Notes: generated from the letters alone by a model not told the origin. A DNA stretch of 64,000 nucleotides from an uncultured Verrucomicrobiae bacterium (GCA_963815455.1 CAWFGO010000001.1:1440001-1504000), one strand, 5' to 3'. Positions 42,978 to 52,761 are shown, counted from the stretch's first letter. Numbers and translations are program-made.

Positions 42978-43334
42978 CTAGTGGTGCTGCCGGTCGAACT
43001 CGTGAAACTGCTTCGTGATATCAAAATAGACTTTATATTGTTTGCCACGCATTCGGAATGTGAAGCAATCGTAATATCTGTCCTCTTTCTCGTGCGCAAT
43101 TAAGGCGTGATCCTCGCCGACATCACTCACAGGCTGGCCAAACGCAAAGTGCTCAGGGAAATGCTTCTCCAGATACTGGCGCTCCCAGTCGTGATAATGC
43201 GCGTAATCGACCGGAACCACGACTGCCCTTGCCTCACTTGAGCCGTCTCGTGCGGATTCGCCCGCATGCACGGAGGTGACGCAGATATGCGAGAGAAGAG
43301 CCAAAGCGATTAAAAGAGCTGGAGTCGTGCGCAT
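42978..43334 (-). CDS. cassette 21: secreted hypothetical protein
   Basis: Signal peptide; C-terminal 'KVYFDIT'. Confidence 0.7.
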   Translation of the reverse strand: MRTTPALLIALALLSHICVTSVHAGESARDGSSEARAVVVPVDYAHYHDWERQYLEKHFPEHFAFGQPVSDVGEDHALIAHEKEDRYYDCFTFRMRGKQYKVYFDITKQFHEFDRQHH

Positions 43335-43455
43335 AAGATCTAACGAGACAGAAGTGAGCTACCGCCACCGAGGGCGAGCGGTGCTCGAAGTGAAGATGTT
43401 CTGGTCATATCAAAAAGGGATCGCACAGCGGGTGGCGGTTAGCTCGACTGATTGG

Positions 43456-43998
43456 TTAGGTCTTCTTCGGTTTGTGCAACATGGCTACTGCGTCCTTCGG
43501 CATGAAAGTCCAACCAATCAGTTTGCCGCGGTGAAAAACTCGCACAGCGATGAAGTCATCTGGAACGTTCCAAGGGCGCTTCTCTGGACGACTGGGAAAG
43601 TAGTCTGATTTGTCTGGATGTGCGGCTGAGGAAATCTCGACTGCGTCCGGGGGCAGCTTGGGATTTGGAGTGAACGGGTCATCCATCTTCTTTGCAGGTT
43701 CCCCCCACTGAAGCGTGTCATAACCTTTGAATACGCCACGCTCGTATGTGCGCACGAGATGATGGGTAACAGCTTTATCTTTGTGTTCGTTTTCTCTCTT
43801 TATCTCCGCTTCTTTTGCGGCGTCGTAATGAGGATCGCCTGGCTTCGGTAACTGCCAAGGTGTGGATGTCGCTGGCGGATCATTTCGCTTCAACTCGATG
43901 CTGTCCGGCGGCAATCTGTCATCGCCCACGACGGTTTGGGCGCACGCGTACTTGAGCAGTGCTGCGATGATGAGGGTGACGAAGAGTGTTGCTTGCAT
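43456..43998 (-). CDS. cassette 20: secreted Pro-rich hypothetical protein
   Basis: Signal peptide; stop in R'' box. Confidence 0.7.
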   Translation of the reverse strand: MQATLFVTLIIAALLKYACAQTVVGDDRLPPDSIELKRNDPPATSTPWQLPKPGDPHYDAAKEAEIKRENEHKDKAVTHHLVRTYERGVFKGYDTLQWGEPAKKMDDPFTPNPKLPPDAVEISSAAHPDKSDYFPSRPEKRPWNVPDDFIAVRVFHRGKLIGWTFMPKDAVAMLHKPKKT

Positions 43999-44113
43999 AG
44001 ACCTAACGAGAACAAGATGAGCCACCGCGCGAATTACGAGTGGCGTTCATAAGGATGGAAAATCTAGGCATACCGCTGGTCCGCGGTTGGCTCGATCGCT
44101 TGGTTAGACGATT

Positions 44114-44557
44114 TCATTGTGCGAGTGCGGCGACCGCCTCTTTCCTGACTTTCATCGCACGCTTCTTAGCCTCTGCTTCGCCATATTTGTTGACGGAAAA
44201 GACCCTCACCTTTCTGTTGCCACGACGGTCCGTGAAGTTGGCGCGCCAGAAGTCGTATGGTTTGCCTTTTGAGATTGTAGTGATGCGTGCAACCCCCACG
44301 ATACCAGAGGGCGACTTACGCCGCTCGACCTCGCAAGAATCGCGACGGGACATGCGAGGGAAAGCTTCGCGAATCTCTCGCCAGCATTTTTTCGCCTCTG
44401 CCAGCGCAGCGGCTTCGCTAGCGTATTTTTTGAACGGGAAATACTCTTGAAACATTGCGCCCTGTCGCAGGAGCTTTACGCGGTAACATGCGACGCTCTG
44501 GTCTGGATAAAACATGCGCTGCAAACCGCGAAATCCAGCGACCGTTGTAGTGGGCAT
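44114..44557 (-). CDS. cassette 19: AP2-domain DNA-binding protein
   Basis: 'SGIVGV..WRANF..KVRVFSVNKYGEAEAKKRAMKVR' plus a weaker N-terminal copy 'EYFPFKKYASEAAALAEAKKCW'. Confidence 0.7.
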   Translation of the reverse strand: MPTTTVAGFRGLQRMFYPDQSVACYRVKLLRQGAMFQEYFPFKKYASEAAALAEAKKCWREIREAFPRMSRRDSCEVERRKSPSGIVGVARITTISKGKPYDFWRANFTDRRGNRKVRVFSVNKYGEAEAKKRAMKVRKEAVAALAQ

Positions 44558-44639
44558 ATGCGCAATCGTCTAACGAGACGGAGCTGAGCCACCGCTGGCG
44601 ATGGCGAGCATGGCAGACACGAGGAACTGTTTCATAAAA

Positions 44640-45032
44640 TTATATGTGCGCATCGCGACGGCCGGCGGTTGGCTCGAGCGATTGGTTAGATGATGTCGAT
44701 GCGTCAGCACCAGCTTTTCTTTTCGCTTTCCACTCTCGCAGGAAGGCGATGAGAAACCCGAGCCCAAGAAACGAAGCGATGCAAATGACGACGATGGTGA
44801 TGGCGAATCGTGTTGCGGGAAGATAGCGGCCAACCAGACGACTAAGGCCGGACAGGATGATAAAAATAGTGAAATAAGCGCCTGCATATCGAAATAGCAT
44901 CTGCGCAACGGACTCTTTCTTATCATGGATCTCCACGATAGGACCTTCTGGCGAGCCATAGAGATCTTCGCGCTGCTCTCGACGCCAAAGCTCGAATCTA
45001 TAGCGAAAGCGCTCGATGAGTTCGCTCTTCAT
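44640..45032 (-). CDS. cassette 18: 2-TM membrane protein, reads into attC
   Basis: ATG at GTTAGATG. Confidence 0.7.
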   Translation of the reverse strand: MKSELIERFRYRFELWRREQREDLYGSPEGPIVEIHDKKESVAQMLFRYAGAYFTIFIILSGLSRLVGRYLPATRFAITIVVICIASFLGLGFLIAFLREWKAKRKAGADASTSSNQSLEPTAGRRDAHI

Positions 45033-45167
45033 CTAACGAGAACAAGATGAGCTACCGCTGTCTACAGCCAGCTCCGCTCGAAGTGAACATAGTTTAGTCA
45101 TGCAAAAATGTAAGCCCGTACGGGACAGCGGTTAGCTCCATCGTCTGGTTAGATGTCTTTGGTGTGC

Positions 45168-45491
45168 TCACACTTTGTCGCGGCGCAGACGATCCACTGC
45201 GGTGAAGCAACCGAAGTAGATAACACTGTAGAGTAAAGCAGGTGCTCCGAATGCGATAACTGTGCCTGCAGCGATAGACAAGGTACTCTCGCCTACCAGA
45301 TGAATGAATGCCGCGCCGGCGGAAAACCCCCAGTCGGAGAAAGGTGATAGTGCGCGACTGAGCGGTGTATCGGGGCCATTATGGTCGAAATTTCGCGCGG
45401 TCGTCCACGTGCCGACCATTAGCGCGGCGAGTGTGACGCAACCCAATACCACGCTCCACGCTACTCGACGAATTGGGAAACGCGCTGGCAT
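45168..45491 (-). CDS. cassette 17: membrane protein
   Basis: ATG at GTTAGATG; hydrophobic. Confidence 0.7.
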   Translation of the reverse strand: MPARFPIRRVAWSVVLGCVTLAALMVGTWTTARNFDHNGPDTPLSRALSPFSDWGFSAGAAFIHLVGESTLSIAAGTVIAFGAPALLYSVIYFGCFTAVDRLRRDKV

Positions 45492-45631
45492 CTAACGAGA
45501 ACAAGATGAGCGACGGCGGACGAGGGCGAGCGTCGCTCGGAGTGAAAGTGTAGAAGTCATCTCAAAAAGTGGAGCGTACAGCGGTCCGCCGTTCGCTCCA
45601 TCGCATGGTTAGGTCTGGTGTGAAGATAACA

Positions 45632-45958
45632 CTAGAACTCATAAGGCGGACCGGCGGCATGAACAAACGGCTTGCCGCGCGACTCCGGATCGTAGCCAGC
45701 AGTGATCGCCTGCTGAATGCACTCGACGAGTCGGCGATTGGGAAGGCGGAATCGCTGATGCTGCGGCATATCTCTATGGGATCGGTCGATGGAGAATTCT
45801 AGCAGTAATTGGCGTCGGCTTGCCTCTGTGGGCTCGACAAGAATTGCTAATCCACGTAAGCCGATTTGCTCGTGACGTGATGTGGCCCAAGTCGGTTGCC
45901 GGTGGACACGCCACCGATACTCATCATCTCCCACCGTGATTGTCCCCGACGATTTCAC
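45632..45958 (-). CDS. cassette 16: hypothetical protein
   Basis: AGGAG RBS + GTG; 'ITVGDDEYRWRV..IQQAITAGYDP'. Confidence 0.7.
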   Translation of the reverse strand: MKSSGTITVGDDEYRWRVHRQPTWATSRHEQIGLRGLAILVEPTEASRRQLLLEFSIDRSHRDMPQHQRFRLPNRRLVECIQQAITAGYDPESRGKPFVHAAGPPYEF

Positions 45959-46089
45959 GAAGCGCTCCTAAGACCTAACGAGAACAAGATGAGCGACGGC
46001 GGACGAGGCCGCGCGTCGCTTGGATTGAAAGTGTGGAAGTCATCTCCAATGTGAACCCACAGCGGTCCGGCGTTCGCTCCATCGCATGG

Positions 46090-46380
46090 TTAGACCTGTC
46101 GTGTGTTCGCATGTGTCCGCCTCAGCCTGATCGCTCTGACTAAGCTGAGAATAGTAAACCAAACGGCTACTTGCGCGAGCAGCATCAACGCCGCCTGCGG
46201 TGGACTCTGCGCGGGAATCCCCTCGGGCGGCAGGTGTGGAAGTGCGAGCAATATGCCTGGCATGTTGATGGCGAACACGAGCGGCGAGAACGCCGATTGC
46301 CAAGGCGCTTCCAGCAGCGCCGGCGCGCCACAAAGGAGCGCAATCCCGGCAGCGAGAATGAATCTTCGGGAGCGTGTCAC
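46090..46380 (-). CDS. cassette 15: membrane protein
   Basis: Stop in R'' box. Confidence 0.65.
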   Translation of the reverse strand: MTRSRRFILAAGIALLCGAPALLEAPWQSAFSPLVFAINMPGILLALPHLPPEGIPAQSPPQAALMLLAQVAVWFTILSLVRAIRLRRTHANTRQV

Positions 46381-46513
46381 AGCGTTCGGCTCGAGGTCTA
46401 ACGAGACGGAGCTCAGCCACCGCTGGCGGCAGCCAGCTTTGCTGCAAAGTTTAATGTTGAAGTCATGTGAAAGCTGGTCATCGGAACGGCCAGCGGTTGG
46501 CTGGAGCGATTGG

Positions 46514-46978
46514 TTAGATGTCTCCTATCTCGTCGGCGTGCTCCATTAAAGTCTTCGATGGGACGTCACCTTTGGAAAACAAGACTTTATCTTTTCGGAC
46601 GAGCGCGACACCTACAAATCGATTGTTTCCCTTGTATTCGATGTCTGGTGTCAGATCGCCCGGACCAACTTTGCTGTGCTCCGGAGGCACATGAATATAC
46701 ATATACCAAACCTGCACACCGCCGCGGAGGCGAATCCTACCGCTGCAATGCTGGCTGCTACAAATCACTCTCAAATGATCTAGGTCGCTCTTGGTGCTGA
46801 GAAATGGCGTGAGTCGCGACCAGAGGTCATACTCCTTGGTTACCGGATAACCGATAGCCTGGCGGCAGATGCGCTTAATCTGCGCGACATCACTCGATGA
46901 CAACGCTCGATCTGCTGCGTGCGAGGAGTGCGTTGCTGACGCCGAAAGCAGGAACATCAGGATGAGGTGCCGAAACAT
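46514..46978 (-). CDS. cassette 14: secreted hypothetical protein
   Basis: Signal peptide; ATG at GTTAGATG. Confidence 0.7.
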   Translation of the reverse strand: MFRHLILMFLLSASATHSSHAADRALSSSDVAQIKRICRQAIGYPVTKEYDLWSRLTPFLSTKSDLDHLRVICSSQHCSGRIRLRGGVQVWYMYIHVPPEHSKVGPGDLTPDIEYKGNNRFVGVALVRKDKVLFSKGDVPSKTLMEHADEIGDI

Positions 46979-47103
46979 CTAACGAGACAGAAGTGAGCTA
47001 CCGCCGCCGAGGGCGAGCGGTGCTCGAAGTGAAGAGGTTCTAGTCATGTAAAAATGTGAGCGCACGACGGGTGGCGGTTAGCTCGACTGATTGGTTAGAC
47101 GTC

Positions 47104-47502
47104 TCAGTCCGCGACATAGACTTTCTCAACAGGACCGTCCGGTGCCGCGAGAACACAATGGAGGAAATGTGGCCACGGACGGAAGCCAAGCTTCTTTCCC
47201 ATGTACACCTGGTAAGTAATATAGTACGCACCATGAAAATAAGGGTCCTTCGTGAAATCGGGAGGTCCAAGTAAAGCCGTGACCTCTGCTCGGCTGTGGC
47301 CGATCAGGATATGCTTATCGAGCAAGTCTGGAACCATAGTGCCGCGAAGCTTCGCATCGCCAGCGCGCCAAGCCTCCGCAGCAAACGGTTGACGCTTGTA
47401 AGAAAAATCAGTGACATAAACAAAGAGACCTCCGAGCAAAAGTCCAGCTCCGACCACAACAATTGCGATGACGATTGCAGGCGTCTTTAGGAGTTTGCGC
47501 AC
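47104..47502 (-). CDS. cassette 13: membrane-anchored SmpA/OmlA-like protein
   Basis: 'LIGHSRAEVTALLGPPD'. Confidence 0.6.
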   Translation of the reverse strand: MRKLLKTPAIVIAIVVVGAGLLLGGLFVYVTDFSYKRQPFAAEAWRAGDAKLRGTMVPDLLDKHILIGHSRAEVTALLGPPDFTKDPYFHGAYYITYQVYMGKKLGFRPWPHFLHCVLAAPDGPVEKVYVAD

Positions 47503-47671
47503 GAGGTTACGTCTAACGAGAACAAGATGAGCCACCACTGGCGAGAGCGCGCGTGGCGGCGGGATGTGAGGTTGGAGTCACGGAAAACTTGGGCGTACGC
47601 CGGCCAGTGGTTGGCTCCATCGCATGGTTAGGCGGTTCGCGTGGATGGCCCTGTGCATGCTAGTAAAATCT

Positions 47672-47908
47672 TCATCGGCGAAACTCCCACTTCCGGTGTG
47701 TAATAGTGATATCAGAAATGTCCTCGACTGAAAATGGAATGCTGTCAGAGCCGCGAACTTCTGTGATCGTGCCGCCCACGATGAGCACATCGTCGATGAT
47801 GCGGCCGTCGCGTAACGTGACCGCTGCTGTCTGATAACCCATGCCCGTCTCGCCCTGTTTGAGGAGAGATGGCGCCCACTTATCGGGCAGCTGTAGATGC
47901 GTGATCAT
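47672..47908 (-). CDS. cassette 12: small hypothetical protein
   Basis: 'GETGMGYQ..VTLRDGR'. Confidence 0.65.
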   Translation of the reverse strand: MITHLQLPDKWAPSLLKQGETGMGYQTAAVTLRDGRIIDDVLIVGGTITEVRGSDSIPFSVEDISDITITHRKWEFRR

Positions 47909-48049
47909 GACTGGCGTGCTTACCGCCTAACGAGAAAGAGCTGAGCTACCGCCACCTAGGGCGAGCTCTGCCCGAAGTGAGAGTGATTTACTCATCTGAA
48001 AAATGTGGACGCACGGCGGGTGGCGGTTAGCTCCAGCGATTGGTTAGGC

Positions 48050-48439
48050 CTATTGGGTGCGATGGTTCTTCGGGAGTCTGGGATCTATGGTCTCCTGAGG
48101 TTCTTCTCCGCGCAAGCGACGCTCGTGCGGCGTGAGAAAATCTCCCACAGGTGGTGTCGGCTGCTGAACGCGGTAAAAGCGAGGCTGGCCGGGGACCTCT
48201 TCTGATCGAGGCGTCGATGGCAGCGAGAAAGGATTGTACCGCGTAAGCCGGGAATAGTCGGAAGGCTGTTCCAGAGGTGACTCGCCGGGCATCGTGAATT
48301 GTGCAGTTTTCGGCCGTGGGCTACAGGCAAGAGAAACCAAAACAAGCAAGCCGCAAACAGAAACTGCGTATGAAGCAAAGTAACGCTGTTGATTGCACGA
48401 GTGATGATTGACTGTCATTTGCAAGAGCGCGCCTCGCAT
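48050..48439 (-). CDS. cassette 11: hypothetical, possible lipoprotein
   Basis: Fills cassette; 'SLAC'. Confidence 0.55.
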   Translation of the reverse strand: MRGALLQMTVNHHSCNQQRYFASYAVSVCGLLVLVSLACSPRPKTAQFTMPGESPLEQPSDYSRLTRYNPFSLPSTPRSEEVPGQPRFYRVQQPTPPVGDFLTPHERRLRGEEPQETIDPRLPKNHRTQ

Positions 48440-48571
48440 GGGCCTAACGAGACGGAGCTGAGCGACCGCCACCGGCGGCGAGCTTTGCTTTCGCTGGAAG
48501 TGTTTTAGTCATTTGAAATATGGACGCACAACGGGTGGCGGTTCGCTCGAGCGATTGGTTAGGCCCCTTGG

Positions 48572-48955
48572 TCATTTTGGCAGGGATAATTCTGCGACCC
48601 ATTTTCCATCCTGCTGTTCCCACGCTCTCGTAAAATGCCAGCTGTCACGCCGCGTTTTCTTCTCAACGTTATAATAATACACAACGCTCTCGCCTTGCTT
48701 CTTTAACTGGACGAGAAACGAAACAGGATAGCGCACTGGTCCACGCTCATCGAACGGGACGCAGAAGACACTTACGGCGCCATGCTCGTCAGACCTGCAT
48801 TCGGGGATGCCATCTCTGTGCAGGATAGCCGTGAAGAACTCGCCAGCCGAAATCATCGCCTTATCCCGGGATGGGTCTGTGGGGTCTTTGCCTCGGGAAG
48901 TCGAGCCTGCTATAACGAGGCAGGTGATAAACGCGAGTAATCGCAAAGTTCGCAT
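48572..48955 (-). CDS. cassette 10: secreted hypothetical protein
   Basis: Signal peptide. Confidence 0.7.
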   Translation of the reverse strand: MRTLRLLAFITCLVIAGSTSRGKDPTDPSRDKAMISAGEFFTAILHRDGIPECRSDEHGAVSVFCVPFDERGPVRYPVSFLVQLKKQGESVVYYYNVEKKTRRDSWHFTRAWEQQDGKWVAELSLPK

Positions 48956-49110
48956 AGGGCCTAACGAGAACAAGCTGAGCGACCGCCGCCGAGAGCGAGC
49001 GCGGCTTCAACTGAAACGGTTTTAATCATCTGAAATGTAAACACGCGCCGGGCGGCGGTTAGATGCCATGAAGGGTTGAAAAGCGTGGGCAAAACGGGCA
49101 CACGCGTTGT

Positions 49111-50439
49111 ATGAAAAACAAAACAACAACAACCCTTCATGGCGGAGAGAAGTTTAACAATTCAAGCGCCCCTGGCAATGGGGCAGTGAGGCGGGTGTGG
49201 AAGCTTGGGCTGGACGTGGACCTGCGTTTTATGGTGGTGGCGATCCAGTGTGGGCGGGGAACGATTGGGCCGGCGCGGAAGTATACTCGCGAGCAGTTGC
49301 TCGAGTGGGTGAAGCAAAAAGTGGGTGTAGGCGATGTGGTCTACGCGGTGTGGGAATGCTGCGGATTTGGTTATACGCTGCACGAGCAATTAACTCAAGC
49401 GGGAGCAAAGAGCGTCGGGACGACCCCGATGCGATTAAATTTGGAGCGGCGGCGGAAGAACGACCGGATGGATGCGCGCGAGTTGTGTGTGCGATTGAGC
49501 CGTTACCTGGATGGGCAGAGAGAGGAATTAAGACCAATCCGAATCCCGAGCCGGGGGGAGCAACAACGGCGGGAGCTGGGGCGGCAGCGGGAGTTTTGGA
49601 AACGCCAAGTGCGGCGGCTGGAGAATCACGGGCGAGCGCTGCGGATCGAGCACGAGCATGAGACGCTGGAGGCTGGGTGGGGCGGACCGCGGAAGTGGAA
49701 ACGAATCGGGCCGCAGTGCAGCGAGTTTGTGCGCGGGCAGCTTGAACCGGTCATGGAACAGATCCGAGCGGCCAAAGCGCAATTGGATCGGTTGACCCAG
49801 GAGATTGAAGCGCTGGTGAGGGAAGAAAAAATCCCGACGGGATTGGGTGCGCTAACGGTATCGCTGATCGACGGGGAGGTGTGCGATTGGCAACGCTTCA
49901 AGCATCGCAAAGCCGTGGGCAGTTACACTGGGTGTTGTCCTAGCGAATACAGTTCGGCCGGGATCCAGCGTTTTGGAAGCATCGACCGGCACGGCAACAA
50001 ACATTTGCGCACGCTCCTGGTCGAGGCGGTCTGGCGACTTCTTCGCTGGCAGCCTAACTGGCATGCTCGTCAGAAATATCTGGAGAAATTAAGGCACGGC
50101 GCCTCGCTGAAAAAGAAAATCGCAGTGGCCCTGGCCCGGCAACTGGCCATAGACATCTGGCGCTGGCGAACCGGCCGGGCCAGTGCCGCCGAACTGGGCT
50201 GGAGCCTGTCTAACATTCCAGGTGAAACCCTAACAAACAGATTTAACCCTCAGCTTTTACGAAACGGAACTTCCAAGCAAAGTTTGATTTGGCCGCAGGG
50301 TGGAACGCTGCTCGGCGCTGGAGCTGGTCCTTTGAAACGAAGGGATCATCGCTTAGATGGGGCGCGTTCCGCCCAAAGCGGCTTCCCAAAGTCAGGCACG
50401 ACATCATGGGCTCGCACAACAAAAGCGATGCTCGAATAG
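49111..50439 (+). CDS. IS110-family DEDD transposase/recombinase (homologous part ends ~50210)
   Basis: 'LGLDVD', 'WECCG', 'KNDRMDA', 'GCCPSEYSS', 'GNKHLRTLLVEA', 'VALARQL'. Confidence 0.92.
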   Translation: MKNKTTTTLHGGEKFNNSSAPGNGAVRRVWKLGLDVDLRFMVVAIQCGRGTIGPARKYTREQLLEWVKQKVGVGDVVYAVWECCGFGYTLHEQLTQAGAKSVGTTPMRLNLERRRKNDRMDARELCVRLSRYLDGQREELRPIRIPSRGEQQRRELGRQREFWKRQVRRLENHGRALRIEHEHETLEAGWGGPRKWKRIGPQCSEFVRGQLEPVMEQIRAAKAQLDRLTQEIEALVREEKIPTGLGALTVSLIDGEVCDWQRFKHRKAVGSYTGCCPSEYSSAGIQRFGSIDRHGNKHLRTLLVEAVWRLLRWQPNWHARQKYLEKLRHGASLKKKIAVALARQLAIDIWRWRTGRASAAELGWSLSNIPGETLTNRFNPQLLRNGTSKQSLIWPQGGTLLGAGAGPLKRRDHRLDGARSAQSGFPKSGTTSWARTTKAMLE

Positions 50440-50503
50440 GAGCTGGTGACTCGCCCCGGCGAGACAACACGACAGAGGGAAGCTGCACCCTGCGGATCAA
50501 ACC
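50280..50503 (+). ncRNA. putative bridge/seek RNA
   Basis: Closing stem GTTTGAT..CCGCAGGGTG / CACCCTGCGG.ATCAAAC; GGAACGC/GCGTTCC stem enclosing loop GCGCTGGAGCT; second domain GCTTCCC/GGGAAGC. Confidence 0.72.
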
Positions 50504-50616
50504 ACTAAAGATTGGAAAAACCGGGAAAGGAAAAAACTAAAGAAAAACAAACAATACCCGTTCCACGGTTGACAACCCTCATAGGCGCTCCAGCGCTTGG
50601 TTAGACCTATTCGTGA

Positions 50617-51159
50617 TCACGGGGTGTGCGCTGTCTTGGGCTTTACCGAGACGCTCTGAAACAAGCTTGAGCAAGGAGCGCCGCTCAGCGCCGCTTCCTT
50701 CGGGGAGAGATACATGACGACTCTCAAATCCGGCTTCATGAGAATGTAGTCGATCCGTTGAAACTGCGTCTTCAGAGCGACCACAAAAGAATGCGCTCGG
50801 CAATCACCGACCGAATAATCACGCTCCGAAATGAGCCTCGCGCCGGGCTCTCGTAACATATTGTCTTTGGCTTCGGCGAACGCACCGACAGCGCGAGTCT
50901 GCCACCATGCCTCTGGCATGACAGTGACTTTTGTTGAGATTGTGTCCGCTTTGCTCTGCCAGGCTTTCTCTTCGTAGGCGACGTTGCCCATCGGAGTCGG
51001 AAAATAGCCAGTGTTCGATGCTGTCTGCTTGAACGCGGGCGGTATCTTGAGCGTTAACTCGAACGGTGATTGCTGGAATGCTTCGGCTGGCGGCTTTTCA
51101 CCTGCCGCGAAAGCGGCAGCGGCAAAGGCGAGGAGTGTAATGGTGATGATCGATTTCAT
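50617..51159 (-). CDS. cassette 9: secreted hypothetical protein
   Basis: Signal peptide 'MKSIITITLLAFAAAAFA'. Confidence 0.75.
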   Translation of the reverse strand: MKSIITITLLAFAAAAFAAGEKPPAEAFQQSPFELTLKIPPAFKQTASNTGYFPTPMGNVAYEEKAWQSKADTISTKVTVMPEAWWQTRAVGAFAEAKDNMLREPGARLISERDYSVGDCRAHSFVVALKTQFQRIDYILMKPDLRVVMYLSPKEAALSGAPCSSLFQSVSVKPKTAHTP

Positions 51160-51240
51160 AGGTCTAACGAGACAGAGATAAGCCACGGCAGGGTGTCGTG
51201 GCAAACACACTGAACGCATTTCGAAATGGGGCCGTTGGCT

Positions 51241-51699
51241 TCATCGATTTGTTAGATGGTCTGGTCTGAAGACGTGTCGGGTAAGAGAGCCGGTGAGACA
51301 AGTAGCACCGCCGACAAGTGCGGCTATGCCACAAAACTCCCAAGCACCGTATGACCAAGAGCCATCGCCTGGATACGCTAGGAAAACGCCTGTCATGATG
51401 AGAAATCCTGCAGTCGCCCCGCAGGCGGTGCAAATGGGCCAGTGCCACAAAGAGGATGATGAGGGCACAAAGAGGTAAAGAGGAATCAGAACGAAAAGCC
51501 ACACGGGAATGATAAAGTATGCCATGAACCAGCTCGTCGCTATCGTACTGCCGAACACTAAGCCCACATCCAGCGCGTGGCGCTGCCGAATCGCATCGAC
51601 GAAGTAGGTGGACTCGAGAGCTACGAGCGTCACCACCCAGCCGGCAAGAACCGCAACAAGCGTTCCAACGAGCTGCTTGAAGATGGAGCGTGCGACCAT
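51241..51699 (-). CDS. cassette 8: membrane protein
   Basis: Identical protein to 40996..41454. Confidence 0.75.
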   Translation of the reverse strand: MVARSIFKQLVGTLVAVLAGWVVTLVALESTYFVDAIRQRHALDVGLVFGSTIATSWFMAYFIIPVWLFVLIPLYLFVPSSSSLWHWPICTACGATAGFLIMTGVFLAYPGDGSWSYGAWEFCGIAALVGGATCLTGSLTRHVFRPDHLTNR

Positions 51700-51824
51700 C
51701 TAACGAGACCAAGCTCAGCGGCGGCTACCAGGAGCGCGGCTGAAAATCTCTGGAACTGTTTTAATCATGACAAAATGTGAACGCACAGCGGTCCGCCGTT
51801 CGCTCCATCGCATGGTTAGATGAT

Positions 51825-52256
51825 TTAATGATTCTCACCATGAATTTCTTTTCCAAGTTTTTCTCCCAACGCACGGCCTTGCGCTGCCGAATCGACGAGC
51901 TTCTGATGCGTCTCAGTATCTGTAGAAACCAAATCGTCGCTCGCCGTAATCCCAAACGAATCGATGACAAGATCCTTCCGCCGATCCTCGAATAACAAAA
52001 CTGTAGTGTAGCTCGATGTCGGACTCTCGGTCAGCGTAACGGAATATGGAAACTCGGCGGACACATCGAGTGACGAAATCTTTGCGTCTTTGACGGCAAC
52101 CAAGACGCGCTTGTGTGCTGCAGCTGATATGATGAACCACGCGGGATGCCCTTCCATCCGATGGGCCGCTGTCAATTTGAGATCACTGCGCTGATCGCCA
52201 GCGAGTGCGAATTGGCCGGTGATGACGAAGAGGAAAACGAGAACGCGCGCTATCAT
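51825..52256 (-). CDS. cassette 7: secreted hypothetical protein
   Basis: Identical protein to 41580..42011. Confidence 0.75.
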   Translation of the reverse strand: MIARVLVFLFVITGQFALAGDQRSDLKLTAAHRMEGHPAWFIISAAAHKRVLVAVKDAKISSLDVSAEFPYSVTLTESPTSSYTTVLLFEDRRKDLVIDSFGITASDDLVSTDTETHQKLVDSAAQGRALGEKLGKEIHGENH

Positions 52257-52420
52257 CTAACGAGAAAGAGGTGAGCGATGGCGGCTGAGAGGGCGCGTGG
52301 CTTGCATGAGAAGGAGTCTAGCTACTCAAAGCGTGGGACACAAGGCCAGCCGCCATTCGCTCCACCGACTGGTTAGATGGTTCGCGTGGCATTACGAAGG
52401 ATAATGATAACGGACTCTCA

Positions 52421-52631
52421 TTAGAATGCCCACTTCCCCCAGAACTTCGACACAGCAGAATAACCATCAGCCAAAGCATACGTGAAACGCTGCCGATGAC
52501 GAAGCACAGAAAAGCATGCATAGATGACGATCAGCGGCGTGACCAAAACAAGAAGGACCGGCCATAAAATGAACTTCCAAACGAGGGTGAACACTGCCTC
52601 GACTACCGAACTCAGAGAGTGCCTCGATCAT
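52421..52631 (-). CDS. cassette 6: small membrane protein (one frameshift)
   Basis: 'MIEALSEF/VVEAVFTLVWKFILWPVLLVLVTPLIVIY..WGKWAF*' read by hand. Confidence 0.45.
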
Positions 52632-52761
52632 GGGTTATCGCGATAACGCTCTCTACATCTAACGAGACGGAGATAAGCTACGGCCACTGAGGACGAGCGT
52701 CGATCGAAGTGGAAGTGATTTAGTCATTTAAGCGTAAACGCGTAGCGGGTGGCCGTTAGCT

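Larger units (their letters stand above)
49062..50586 (+). mobile_element. complete IS110-family (IS1111-like) element inserted in an attC
   Basis: Removing it rejoins GGCGGTTA|GCTCCAGCGCTTGGTTAGAC; sub-terminal IRs ATGAAGGGTTG / CAACCCTCAT; internal IR 49130-49143; TTGACA at right end; 3' non-coding region. Confidence 0.93.

Noticed and set aside
50210..50439. C-terminal extension of the IS110 transposase as an extra domain
   Set aside because: Overlaps the structured non-coding region; the remnant homologue stops just after 'QLGL'; likely read-through from an indel
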